A stretch of 63,244 nt of DNA, counting the filler, from Rhabdomonas costata (taxonomy: Eukaryota), in the NCBI GenBank assembly GCA_019059605.1. It is 41 parts of 41 records of this genome, joined end to end, with 100 filler letters (N's around TTAATTAATTAA, not from the genome) between each part and the next. Parts side by side here need not be neighbours in the genome. Positions count along the whole stretch, not along the records: positions 33,996 to 35,440 come from JAHMHO010015766.1; positions 35,541 to 36,985 come from JAHMHO010015767.1; positions 37,086 to 38,529 come from JAHMHO010015768.1; positions 38,630 to 40,071 come from JAHMHO010015769.1; positions 40,172 to 41,616 come from JAHMHO010015770.1; positions 41,717 to 43,161 come from JAHMHO010015771.1; positions 43,262 to 44,706 come from JAHMHO010015772.1; positions 44,807 to 46,251 come from JAHMHO010015773.1; 33 more parts are not named here. One strand, 5' to 3'. How positions within the stretch are numbered: position 1 is the first letter of the stretch; each line of letters begins with the position of its first letter. The notes below the pieces were generated by a model that was not told where the DNA came from, ran no database searches, and was given only the letters and a program-made list of their open reading frames with translations. This document shows, one piece after another, positions 35,256-46,050 of this stretch. A program made the position numbers and the translations under genes.

Positions 35256-37509
35256 CTGAGCGCGGGTGAGTGAGTTGAGCGACGAACAGCCCTTTCGAGC
35301 TCGAAGTACAACACCCACAATGCCACAATTACAAGACCTTCCCCCTCCCCCGCCACACACATGTACGTACACAAGTAGATCTACTCCATCCTTACGCAAA
35401 GTGAAAAACACCACAACACCACACCACCCACACCCACCACNNNNNNNNNNNNNNNNNNNNNNNNNNNNNNNNNNNNNNNNNNNNTTAATTAATTAANNNN
35501 NNNNNNNNNNNNNNNNNNNNNNNNNNNNNNNNNNNNNNNNTGTGGGTTTTCTTTGACTTCTTAGGGACAGTTCTTCCTCCAGCTCTTCCTCAATTGTTGC
35601 GGAGAAATCCGGGGTCTTACCAGAACGACTTGGGTCCCAGAAGCCAGAAGCGGGAGGAGCAGGAGGAGGAGGAGGAGGAGGGCCCCGCTTGGAATAACGG
35701 GGGGGGGCACAACTGTACACAAAAAAGCAGCGTCCCAAGTCCGTGCCCTTCCGCCCATTTATTTGGGTTTTTTTTCGCCAAGTCGCAGTTTGGCACAGTT
35801 GCAATCTGAGCCTGCAACTTGCCCCCTCCGAGTTCGGCGCCCTTTGAGTGGAACAGAGGGAAACACCTGCTTTCTTCGCCTTCCTAATTTGTCCTTCGCA
35901 TTGTGAGCTTTTTAACAAACGAACGGGCTGAGGAAAGGGAAACCCGCTGAATCCCTCCCCATTTCCGCTCGCAGTAATCCCAGAGCAGGCGAGGATGAGA
36001 AAGACTATGAAAGGTTGGACACAAACTAACAAACACCCAGAGCAAAATCACCCCGGCCTGGGATTGAGAGAAAGACAAGAATGCAACCATGGCTGACCCT
36101 TTGTGTGGACCATTTTCAAACACAGAAATAAAGAGAAAGGAATGGAACTGTTTCAAGAGAGGAAGGGGAACCCGCCGAAGGCGGTTTCCCGACCCTGCAA
36201 TTCGAGGGGGAACATTTTTGGCAGTGCGCTTGGGATTAAGGAGGGCGCGGGGACCCTACGGGAGTGCGAGGGGCCAGGACCTGCCCTTCTTGGTGTACAC
36301 TTCGCGCAGCTGGTTACAGCCTTGCGCAGGGCGACGGACAGTCGCTGCCAGCACTCGCCGTGGTGCTTCTGTTTTGGGTGACTGGGAGAGTGTATACAGT
36401 TTGTACATGGTGGGGTCAGGGTTAGGGTTAACATTAAGGTAAGTTCCCAGGGAAGTTTACCCGTTGTTGGCCAATCTCTATAAAAAAAATGCACTAGAAG
36501 GAGGACTAGGATAAGGCCTTTAAACGAGTGAAGTGTGACGATGTCTGCAACCCCGGATTCCCCCTGATTTCACTGGGATCGACACGTTTTGGGGCTTTTG
36601 GGGACGAGGGAAAGAAGTTCGAGGCTCTTTTGCAAGGCCGTGGACGCCAGGGGCTGAGTGTGTGAATTATTGTGCACTGTGGGAGGGTTAGACCTTGATT
36701 GCGTTCGTTATCATCTTTTTTGTGACCGCCGTCACAACTGAAAAGGTGATAGTAAACGCTATCGTCTTTTCAGTTCAAAACAAACCCAGTGGTTTCCCGT
36801 CGACCAACTTCGCAATGACACTGACAGAAACCAAACGCAATCTTCAGTGCTTCGTGTGTTCTCGTGTTCGCGCCGCTTTGGCGGGTGGCGTCAAGTATAG
36901 TCCCCACCTTTTTTTGTCAAGATTGAAAATCGGCAGCATTGCAGGCGTTAAGGCAAAGCACCACACCAATTAGCCACAAATAAAGNNNNNNNNNNNNNNN
37001 NNNNNNNNNNNNNNNNNNNNNNNNNNNNNTTAATTAATTAANNNNNNNNNNNNNNNNNNNNNNNNNNNNNNNNNNNNNNNNNNNNGGTGTGGGGGGGGCG
37101 GAAAAGTAAAGAGGAGAGCACATACCTTGGCCAGCGTGATCAAGAAATTGAAGGACGTACTGAATCAGGTTGTAGGAGAGCTGACCGCAAAACGAGGTCG
37201 AAAGAAACGCACGCCCATACCATCCGCACAGCCTGGTCGATTCTGTTCAGTATCATTTCGCCCCAGTTCCAATCCCCTCAACCTTTCGATGGAATGATGG
37301 CAATCTCTGGCTGCAACTGACACAGAAAAATAGGGCCAACGTGAGAATTCACCCTGAAAACATAGGGACAAATGCTCACGTTTTATCACACGACGATGCG
37401 GTGAACTTTTTAATTGGCGCTGCTTTGTCTTAGGATGGGTGCAGTGGTGGGGTGCGGGATCGGGTGCACTCATGCCAGGAAAAGTGGAGGGATGTAGCAC
37501 TTCTTGCAG

Positions 37510-38328
37510 ATGTTATTGGGGTGCCTTCGGGCGACCAGGCTGAGCCGGGATGCAGAGCAGTTCATGCAAATGGTGCGACCACACCGCCGGCACCAGTGAC
37601 GGCGGTAGAGCAGTGAAAACTGCGCGCCTGTGCAAATGTGTGCGGCAGAAACAAGACGTGTCTGGATTCGGGATGTCTCAGGTACTCAGCGGGAATGTGC
37701 AGGGTGTGTCGGCTTTGCTCCAAGCTCAAGCTGACCCTTTGCTGACGGATGACCATGGCACGTGCGGGGGGGGGGGTTGCTTTTCTCCACTGCTCTTCCC
37801 GCACCTGATCTGTACCAGGGGCGTTCTTTCTTCCCGTGTCTTCCGAGTGAGAGAAGAAGATAAAGACTTATTTCAGATTTAATTTGCTGGAGACAAGACA
37901 CCACCTCACACACCGTCTCATGTTTTCTCCAATAGAGACCACTTGACCATTTGCTCCATGTGCTACCCCCCCCCTATATTTGTAGTCGCTTTGTTTTTGT
38001 TTGCTTGAAAAACTGCGGGTGCGCTGTTTTCTTTTTATATATATCTGGGTTAGGGTATGTTCGAAGGGCTCTCTTTGGTAATCTTAGGCAACTGAAGCTG
38101 TTTCTCACAGTTCAATTCATGTTTCTGGTTTCATCGGGACCGGTGTTTCCTAGGGAAGATATCCCCTCCCCTCCCCCTCCCCTTTCAGGACGCACGGCTG
38201 GGTGGCTGGCGCACTGGTATGGCAACGAAGCGATCATTGACGTGCTGCGCCGGCACCAGGCCAGGATGTCCTCGCGGGATGACCTGGCCCTGCTGGTGTT
38301 GCGTCGGCTGGTCAAGGAGGAGTCCGGG
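37510..38328 (+). CDS. Ankyrin-repeat protein; three exons
   Basis: 37510-37572, 37682-37757 (SGNVQGVSALLQAQADPLLTDDH) and 38189-38328 (GRTAGWLAHWYGNEAIIDVL); the second intron is GC-AG. Confidence 0.8.
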
Positions 38329-38633
38329 GTGTGCGCGTGTGCCTGCCGTGTCTGCTCGGCGAGACTGCACTGCCTGTGTGGAGGAAACTGGGTGCGCGTC
38401 ATCTCAAAAGTTCCCACACAATCATCAAATAGTCAAACCGATGCGGAAACAAAAGTGCACGTCAAACCGAATTCTTGCTTCTGTTGCCAGTTAACAACAA
38501 AACTCGAAATAAAAATGGGCCAACCAACCNNNNNNNNNNNNNNNNNNNNNNNNNNNNNNNNNNNNNNNNNNNNTTAATTAATTAANNNNNNNNNNNNNNN
38601 NNNNNNNNNNNNNNNNNNNNNNNNNNNNNGGGG

Positions 38634-38695
38634 TGGTGTGACTAGTCCGGCCATTGAGCGACCCGTCTTTGCTAATCGTCGGACTAGTCACACCA
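38634..38695. repeat. Perfect inverted repeat (16-bp arms, 30-nt loop) at a contig start
   Basis: TGGTGTGACTAGTCCG / CGGACTAGTCACACCA. Confidence 0.85.
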
Positions 38696-38813
38696 TGGTG
38701 TCGGAGGCGAGCTCGGACCGTGGGCTGCAGCCCAAGCACGCAACCTTAGCCGTGATTCGAGTGAAGGGCCTCAGCTCTGCAGGTCCCGCATTGCGACCCA
38801 CACATCTCCGACG

Positions 38814-39184
38814 GTCCGATGTATTTTTTTCGGGGGGTGCTAAGCGGTTTAATAATTGTTGAAAGGCGACTTACGAGACTTGATTTTTATATTGCCGTGC
38901 ATTTTTTTCGGTATTTGTTAGAGCGCGAACATCAGTGACTTTGTCCGAGACGGGCGACGACCGGTTCCTAGGAGATTGCATTGGGATAGAGTTATTTTAG
39001 CGGCGCGGCCGGAGCGGGCGGCTGAGGCAGGGACCTTGTCTGGGAGGATGGGGGCAGTTTTCGCGGTCATGCTCACAGTGATACATCTGTTGTGAATTCT
39101 GGAGTGGCCGAGCCAACCGATCACTTTTGTACCTCACCGTTAAACCGTGAAACCGTCCCCCCCCAAAAAAAAATTGCATCGGAC
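38814..39184. mobile_element. Candidate MITE with imperfect ~40-bp terminal inverted repeats
   Basis: GTCCGATG..T-run..G-run..CGGTTTAA (38814-38852) is mirrored at 39140-39184; non-coding interior; no TSD established. Confidence 0.5.
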
Positions 39185-41031
39185 GTGTGACCCTGTTTGG
39201 AATTGTTTTTGATGGTTGCCCGAGTCTCTGATTTTCTGATTGCGTTTCAAATATATGATCTTCTGTCGTTGTAGCTTAGGATCAATTTTGTTAATAGTGA
39301 CTGATATTGAGCCGTCCACCTTGGAGCCTTTGATCTCCGCCTTCTTCAACACCGTCGATAACTGCGTGAGCGCGGAGCGGGGTGTTCTGCATCAGTACTT
39401 TGGCGACATGATGGTATGATAATAACTCTGTGGGTTGGATTTACCTAAACGCTTACATTCCTATTTGCTCGAAGGGCTGCCATAATTGACGGTGGAACTG
39501 AAATGTTGGACCAAGCTGATGAAATGGAGATGGGGGCCATGGAGGATACTGGATAAAATATTGCATCTGATTCACCATTCACTTCTGCGCAGCTTTTGGG
39601 AAGACATTTGATCGTCCAGTAGAGTGGAGTTCGCAGCGTGTCAGGAATTTGTCAGCAGCGGCCACCAAACTGGGGGGACCTCTCACGATCCGCCCCCGTC
39701 CCCATTCGGACCCGTGCAAGCAAATTTCACCAACCACCGGAGTGCAGTACAGTACGCAAGAAAGGTTTCAGTAGTCGTTGTGCCTTCTACTGGTGGTAGG
39801 TAAGTGGTTGCCTGGCCTTCCCTTTATCGTGGACGGGTTGCTGTTGGACCAACCCCAGCTTTCACTCCCCGTTGCACATCCGATTTCGCTGTTTGGATGT
39901 GGTGGTGGTGAGCTGGAAAATTGGAGTCGCTAGTTGCCGGGACGTGCTTTCAGGTTTGCGTATGGCTGGGCGCCAACCAGCAGGTCCGCGCGGCCACCGC
40001 GGTGCTGCGTGCGGTGGAGCTGCTGGAGAGCCCCGAGGGCCCTCTGCGAGGCACTGCGCCGGTGCAAGCTGNNNNNNNNNNNNNNNNNNNNNNNNNNNNN
40101 NNNNNNNNNNNNNNNTTAATTAATTAANNNNNNNNNNNNNNNNNNNNNNNNNNNNNNNNNNNNNNNNNNNNTGTTCTTTCGCTTTGTGGTGAAGGGAGAG
40201 GGAATGCTGAAGAGTGGTGGGGCGGAAAGCCGTAGTCCTGCCCGAGGTGGCAGCCTCTCTCGACCGTTCGCCATATGCGGTGGGTGCGATTAGAAGCTTC
40301 AGGCTACTCCAGGGCAAGATTTCACGTGTAAGTTAGGCAATGCAAGAGGCCTTTCGATTTTTTTTTTGGCGATGCTCTCACATTCGGTCTGCAGAATCTC
40401 TCGGGGCAGTACTTCCTGTCTGCAGAGGTGCCGGTAAACAAGCGCGAGATAACAATGAGGCACATGACAACCTCCGTAGTAGCTTTGTCTCCAAACTCTG
40501 CTTTGCGTTTACGGCAAAACGCTGAAGTTGCGGAAGGGTCACCACAATTTTACTAATCTTACTGACATAATTTACGGTATTTCGTGTCGTTCCCCCCCCC
40601 CAAAAGAAAATCCAAGAAAGTGAACCTTCAACGACTAATTGAAAGGGGATTAAATGAAAACGGCATTCGGCAACGGGCTTACCAGCGTTTGGATTCGGTC
40701 CGATCGATAAAGAGTAAAACAGATGAATGGACTCGCTGTGCAAGTGCAATAACAGATAAGAAGGGCTTCTGAAGCGAAGGATTGTGAGCGCCAGCCAATT
40801 TAACACCCAGGGAACAGTGTCTGGTTAATGGTTCGTTTGTGCTCAGACGTGGACAAGCCATAGAATATGCACTACCGAGCAAGATCACAAACGTGTATGC
40901 GCCGACTAGCCGACGAAAAGGAGCCGAGCAAAGAAGAAGACCTCGGGTACATAATACTGCAAGGATAGTTTTCAGAACGGGGTAAGGGGTAAGGGGTAAG
41001 GAGTAAGCGGTATAGGGTATGGGAGCTCCAC

Positions 41032-41573
41032 CTTTCCAAAGAGACGAAGGACAGCTCCCAGTTCGACACCTCCGTGAACTGGGAGCGGGACACCAGCAGG
41101 CTGCCCTCGCCATTTTCATCGAACTTTAGCAGCGACTGAAAAACGGGAAAACGAAACAGAAAGGAGAGCGCGGGCAGCCAAGGATGAAAAAGGAGCAGAG
41201 GCGAAGAGCGGGTTACAAAATCAGGTAGAAGAGCAAGCCGAAGTACTTCGTCCACCTGTCCCATGGCATGCGATCGGGAGTTGAAAGCTGACCAAGGCGA
41301 GAAGAATGGTAGAGGAACTGAAAACTGTATCAAACGTCAGCACCACCATACCAGCATGTCCATCCCTTGTGCCAGCCGCGACAGCGACACCGTCAGCAGC
41401 CAGCTGATCAGCAGCGCAAACCCAAGCGCTCCCACCACAACCACTACAAGCACCACAGTGTTGGTCGTGTTGGCCCGGCTGAGATCGTTGAGGGTGGCGG
41501 CTTTGCGGGCCTCAATAGGGCCCATCAAAGTGCCGCGGTCCACCAGAAGCACCAGGGTCACCCGCAGCCCGTA
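41032..41573 (-). CDS. Transmembrane helix plus HAMP domain of a receptor; two exons
   Basis: 41573-41352 (YGLRVTLVLLVDRGTLMG...VVLVVVVVGALGFALLISWLLTVSLSRLAQGMDML) plus 41135-41032 (SLLKFD...SQFTEVSNWELSFVSLER). Confidence 0.75.
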
Positions 41574-41847
41574 CTGAGGAAAAACCCACACCTTACAATT
41601 ACGTCACCCAAAAACANNNNNNNNNNNNNNNNNNNNNNNNNNNNNNNNNNNNNNNNNNNNTTAATTAATTAANNNNNNNNNNNNNNNNNNNNNNNNNNNN
41701 NNNNNNNNNNNNNNNNGGGTTGGTTTTTCATATGATTGGTTTTAGGGTCCTTATGGACTCATTTTTGATCAAATTTGACACTTAAATCATTGATCACTTG
41801 GAATGCTTATGACATTCACTGTGTATGGGGGGGCCTCCCTTATGCAG

Positions 41848-42746
41848 AGCATACCGCCTGGGTGCAGGCCTTGGCCTGGTCTCCTGACGGGAAGCGGTTC
41901 GCCTCGGGCAGCAGGGACTCAAAGGTCCCTCCAAAAGCTTCTTTCAGCTGTGTCTGTTCCCAGGCCACAAGCAGGAAATCCGTAATCTGGTCCTTTTTGG
42001 GGTTTTTGTACCAGTCTCATTGTGTAATGTCTTCGAGACTAGCTCCTGTTGCAAGCTTGAAGTCTTGGCTTGTTGGATATTCTCAGACCTACATGCGGAA
42101 TTTTGCTGGTTCCCGTTTGAGAAACAACTGTGGTGTGCCAAGCTGTCATGTCTTAGTGGCGGTTAGGAGGAGAGGAGTCACCGCATAGGGTGATGCTTCG
42201 AGCTGCCTAGCCAATGGCGGAGGCAGGTGTCCTGGCACCGCAAAACGCATCTTTCAATGGTAGGTGTTACACCAAGCCAGGGTTATTGTCAGGGGTTTAT
42301 TTTTGATATTTTAGAAGCGGTTCTCGCTCCTTCGGTAAAGAGCAAAGACTGCTTCACCCAGCGCCCATGTATCGTCGCATTACCGTCATTCTATAATGGA
42401 ATGTAAGTTATTGCCTTCCTTTTTCCTTCCACTCCTTGCTGGGTACAGATCATTGTGTGGGATGGGGTGACCTTTGAGCGCGTCGGGTTTCCTCTAAGAG
42501 GGCACAGGGACCGCATCAACGAGCTCTCTTGGGAACCGTTACATCGGCATGTATAGAAGAGGAGAGTGTGGGCAGGGGGCGCGTGTGCTTTGCGGTGGTT
42601 TGCTTCTTGCAAATGCAATCTCTTTCACCATTGTTTTCCGAGGCGTAAGAGCATTAATCGGTTATTATATTCTTTTTTTTCTCTTTTTGTCCAGCAATCT
42701 CCACTGCAACCGGTTCGTTTCGGCGAGCAAGGACGGCACTGTAAAA
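41848..42746 (+). CDS. NLE1: Notchless/Rsa4 WD40 ribosome assembly factor; three internal exons
   Basis: 41848-41924 (HTAWVQALAWSPDGKRFASGS), 42449-42546 (IIVWD...LRGHRDRINELSWEPLHR) and 42695-~42746 (NLHCNRFVSASKDGTVK); LSWEPLH is the NLE1 signature. Confidence 0.88.
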
Positions 42747-43959
42747 GTGTGGAAGTTCTCCGGAACCGGGGGAGCAGGAGGTAGCGCTTTGCACCGTGGT
42801 GACTCTTTGTGAACGAGTGTAGGCAAAGGAGCCTGCATTTTTGTGTGTGGGGTGCTTCGTTCCCTCGAATCGTGTCCATCCATTGTGTGAACCAGAGACT
42901 GCTAAGCATATATCTGTTGTGGATAGTTGGCCGCTTGACCGCAATGCCTCAGTTTTTTCTTTACGAATGACGCAAACCCCTGCTTATTTCCCACCCAGGT
43001 CAGTTGGATTTCTTTTCGAGAACTCTTGATGAAAGAGTAGACGAACCGCCATGTGGAAGGGAACACGGTCAATAAATGATCCACCACAACCGAAGCAGCA
43101 AGCAAAGCCCGATTTGGTCCACTTTACGAAATGGAGAGTAACAGATGGAACAAAACGAACANNNNNNNNNNNNNNNNNNNNNNNNNNNNNNNNNNNNNNN
43201 NNNNNTTAATTAATTAANNNNNNNNNNNNNNNNNNNNNNNNNNNNNNNNNNNNNNNNNNNNGTGGTGTGGTTGTGGGTGTAACTTCCGGGAAGTGGGGGG
43301 TACAAGCTTTTCTATGGTAGGCCCCCCAGGTCACGTCCCCGCGCCAGCCGCCCGCTCCGGTCGCGTCGCTGACTGGCCTCCGCGGCCCGCGGCTACGCTG
43401 GTCTTCGCCCCCAAATTAATGCTGTCCTACTCGTGCGAGCGTGCAGCACCCATTGCAGAGTTTGCAGTTTCTTCAGCTGCTGAGCAAATCAATCATCTAC
43501 AGGGCACTGGCAAACTTACCCAAACTCCCTATAAAAACCATTTCGAAAGTGCTAGCATGCCTTTCCTGACCGTTTTAGAAAATTTAGCTCAAGGCAGTGT
43601 TCTGGTTCCACTGATAGCGGGTACCGTTCCCCCAAATACCAACTTCCATTGGGCCCGCCGGTGAGAAACAAGGATTACAAAATCCAATCATTTGGAAATG
43701 AGGTGGCATCCATCAGAGAGATGATAAATGAGGCGGCGATTCGAAGGTGGTGGTGGAGCACCTTGCAAAGACACTCTGATGTACTTCTACTCTTGCACTG
43801 CCAGAAGAAACACAGTCGCGTTCAGACATGTGATGGAGTTGAGCGTTCTGTCCCAGAAGAGCAAAACAAGCTGGATCTCTGGAACGTTAATGCCGGGCCA
43901 CACCTGTGACGTGGCGAACAGGGCCCTCCTTTCGAGGGCACGTCCCCCACAATGTGAAA

Positions 43960-44114
43960 CGCCTCAGCCCCACGACATCTACTCGCTCCAGCCTGCCCTC
44001 CACGACGACCTCAACCACCCCCTGGCCATGCAGGAAGGCCCCAGAAAGCTGCGCCTGCGCCTCGCGGTCGTAGAGGTACCACAGACCGTCGTCGGTATTG
44101 TACCAGTGCCACAT
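43960..44114 (-). CDS. N-terminal WWE domain; 3' boundary uncertain
   Basis: MWHWYNTDDGLWYLYDREAQAQLSGAFLHGQGVVEVVVEGRLERVDV fits the WWE pattern W.W.....W..Y.......E.A. Confidence 0.7.
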
Positions 44115-44979
44115 TTTGTTGGGGAGGAAAAGTGAAGTCAAAACAGGAAGCCTTAAACTGTACAAAAAAAACCAGCGAATAAGAACACCCGCACACTGGG
44201 GACGAGAGGGAAAATGAAATGAGGACGATGTTTCACATACACACATGAATGCTCGTATGAGTTTATTGACTCGATTACTGGACTGCCAATGCGGAAACCG
44301 ATCAGTAGGGTGGTGCGTAGTAAGATCCCGGCAGAAGTAGAAGCATGTGCTCGTCAAATTCTGATTTCTGCTTCGACACAGCTCACCGAGTAAGGCACAG
44401 ATATTCCCACCTTCCTCAGAACCAGGTGTCCAGAAAAACATTCCACCAAGGCTATCTTGTCGGGTCACAACCATTCTGATGTGTGGGTGTGCGCTTGTTT
44501 TATCTCACCACCAGCGACAACGACGAAGTCCCAGTCAAAAATGGCGTCGGCAACCCCCTCCACAACAGCCCTGGACCATGAGGGTAATACTGGGCACCGT
44601 GCTCCATTTAAGAAACCCACAGGGACAAATTCTGCGGGACACCCGACGCGCCCGAACCCCCCCACACGCAATCACTTCCCCACTATACGTGCTCGAGCCC
44701 CAAACANNNNNNNNNNNNNNNNNNNNNNNNNNNNNNNNNNNNNNNNNNNNTTAATTAATTAANNNNNNNNNNNNNNNNNNNNNNNNNNNNNNNNNNNNNN
44801 NNNNNNGGGGTTGGGTGATTGCGCGAATAAAACAGTAAAGCATAAATTCTGATCACATAAATACAAGCACACGCCAATACGCTGTGACCAGGGTTAACAA
44901 GGCGCCAACCCGCAATTCAGAGGATGCGGAATGCACTGGCACAGGTATCCAGGCTTGACCTAGGGCTGACCCAGGGCGT

Positions 44980-46050
44980 AGCGCTGCGTAGGAGGGGGAT
45001 TGAACGTAGCGAACGACATCACGCTCCCTCCACCCTCTTCCTCTCTTCTTCTGTCGCCCTCTGCGGGCTCCACTTTGAGTCTCCCTCCATTTGGGTTCAG
45101 AAGAGCAACAGCGTGTGGGGATAGAAGGAGCGAAGGCAGCATGACTGAGCGACGTCAAGAAGACGGAAGGTTGGAGCGAGAAACGCAGTGACGAGCGACC
45201 AGCATACGTTGATACATTACGAGCGTGGCGAGCAACGACCGGAGGGAGTGACGAAGCGTAGCGAGACACAACCGCCAGAGGCAATGGGGCCCCATGCAGA
45301 GGAACGCAGTGACGACACATGGGGGTTGACACATTACAGGCGTAGCGACCGTAACGCAGTGAAGGGAGCGTAGCGAGACACGGCCGGAGGCATCAAGGGG
45401 CCCCATGGATTGGGTATTCCATCACACTCTAGGAGCATGCGTAGCCTTGGCACCTCTTTCTCTTCTTTTCTTCTGTCGCCCTCGGCGGCCTCCATTTTGA
45501 ACATTCTAGTACGTAGGGATTGGTGGACCGAGCGCAGCGAGGGCCATCAATCACGAAGTAGGTCGTTGGGTTTTGGTATTTCGGGCTGTTTCGCGCTAGC
45601 GAGCAAGACCAGCGGACAGGGGTCTTACGAGCCTAGTAAACAGAAGGGGGCCCAGCCCCCGCATATACCATCATTATAGGTATCATCAACGTCTTCATTC
45701 CTTACACCCATGGCCCCACGAACTGCGTAGGTATTGGTTGATGATACGTAGCGATTGGCACCGAGACATTGAGGTGGTAATCGCGGGAGTAGGTCGTTAT
45801 TTCTTGGGTTTATACTTGGTACGTTACGAGCGGAGTCAAGCTTATGCGCAGACGGAGCGAGAACCGGGAAGGCGGCCCTGTTCTATTCACTCTTTCTTCC
45901 ACCAGGGGTCCATATCTCTTGGGCTATCTTTGTTCGAGGCTCGCTCACGCTCCCAACAGACGTAGTGATTGGTTCCGGAGCATCGCGGAGGCATCAATCA
46001 CGGAGTAGGTATTTCTTGCAGTCGCCCTTGCGGGCTCCGTTTTGAGTGGT
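44980..46050. repeat. Degenerate modular repeat region (dispersed family)
   Basis: TTCTT...GTCGCCCT.GCGG.CTCC.TTTGA-like modules at 45046, 45468 and 46013; CATCAATCACG.AGTAGGT at 45545 and 45992; GCGTAGCGAGACAC twice. Confidence 0.7.

Noticed and set aside
36412-36430. TTAGGG-like telomeric units, and the GGGGTAA microrepeat at ~40979-41012
   Set aside because: Only a few internal copies; not a telomere.
44980-46050. CRISPR-like repeat/spacer appearance
   Set aside because: The repeats are diverged, irregularly spaced and of several kinds, with no cas genes; the context is eukaryotic.
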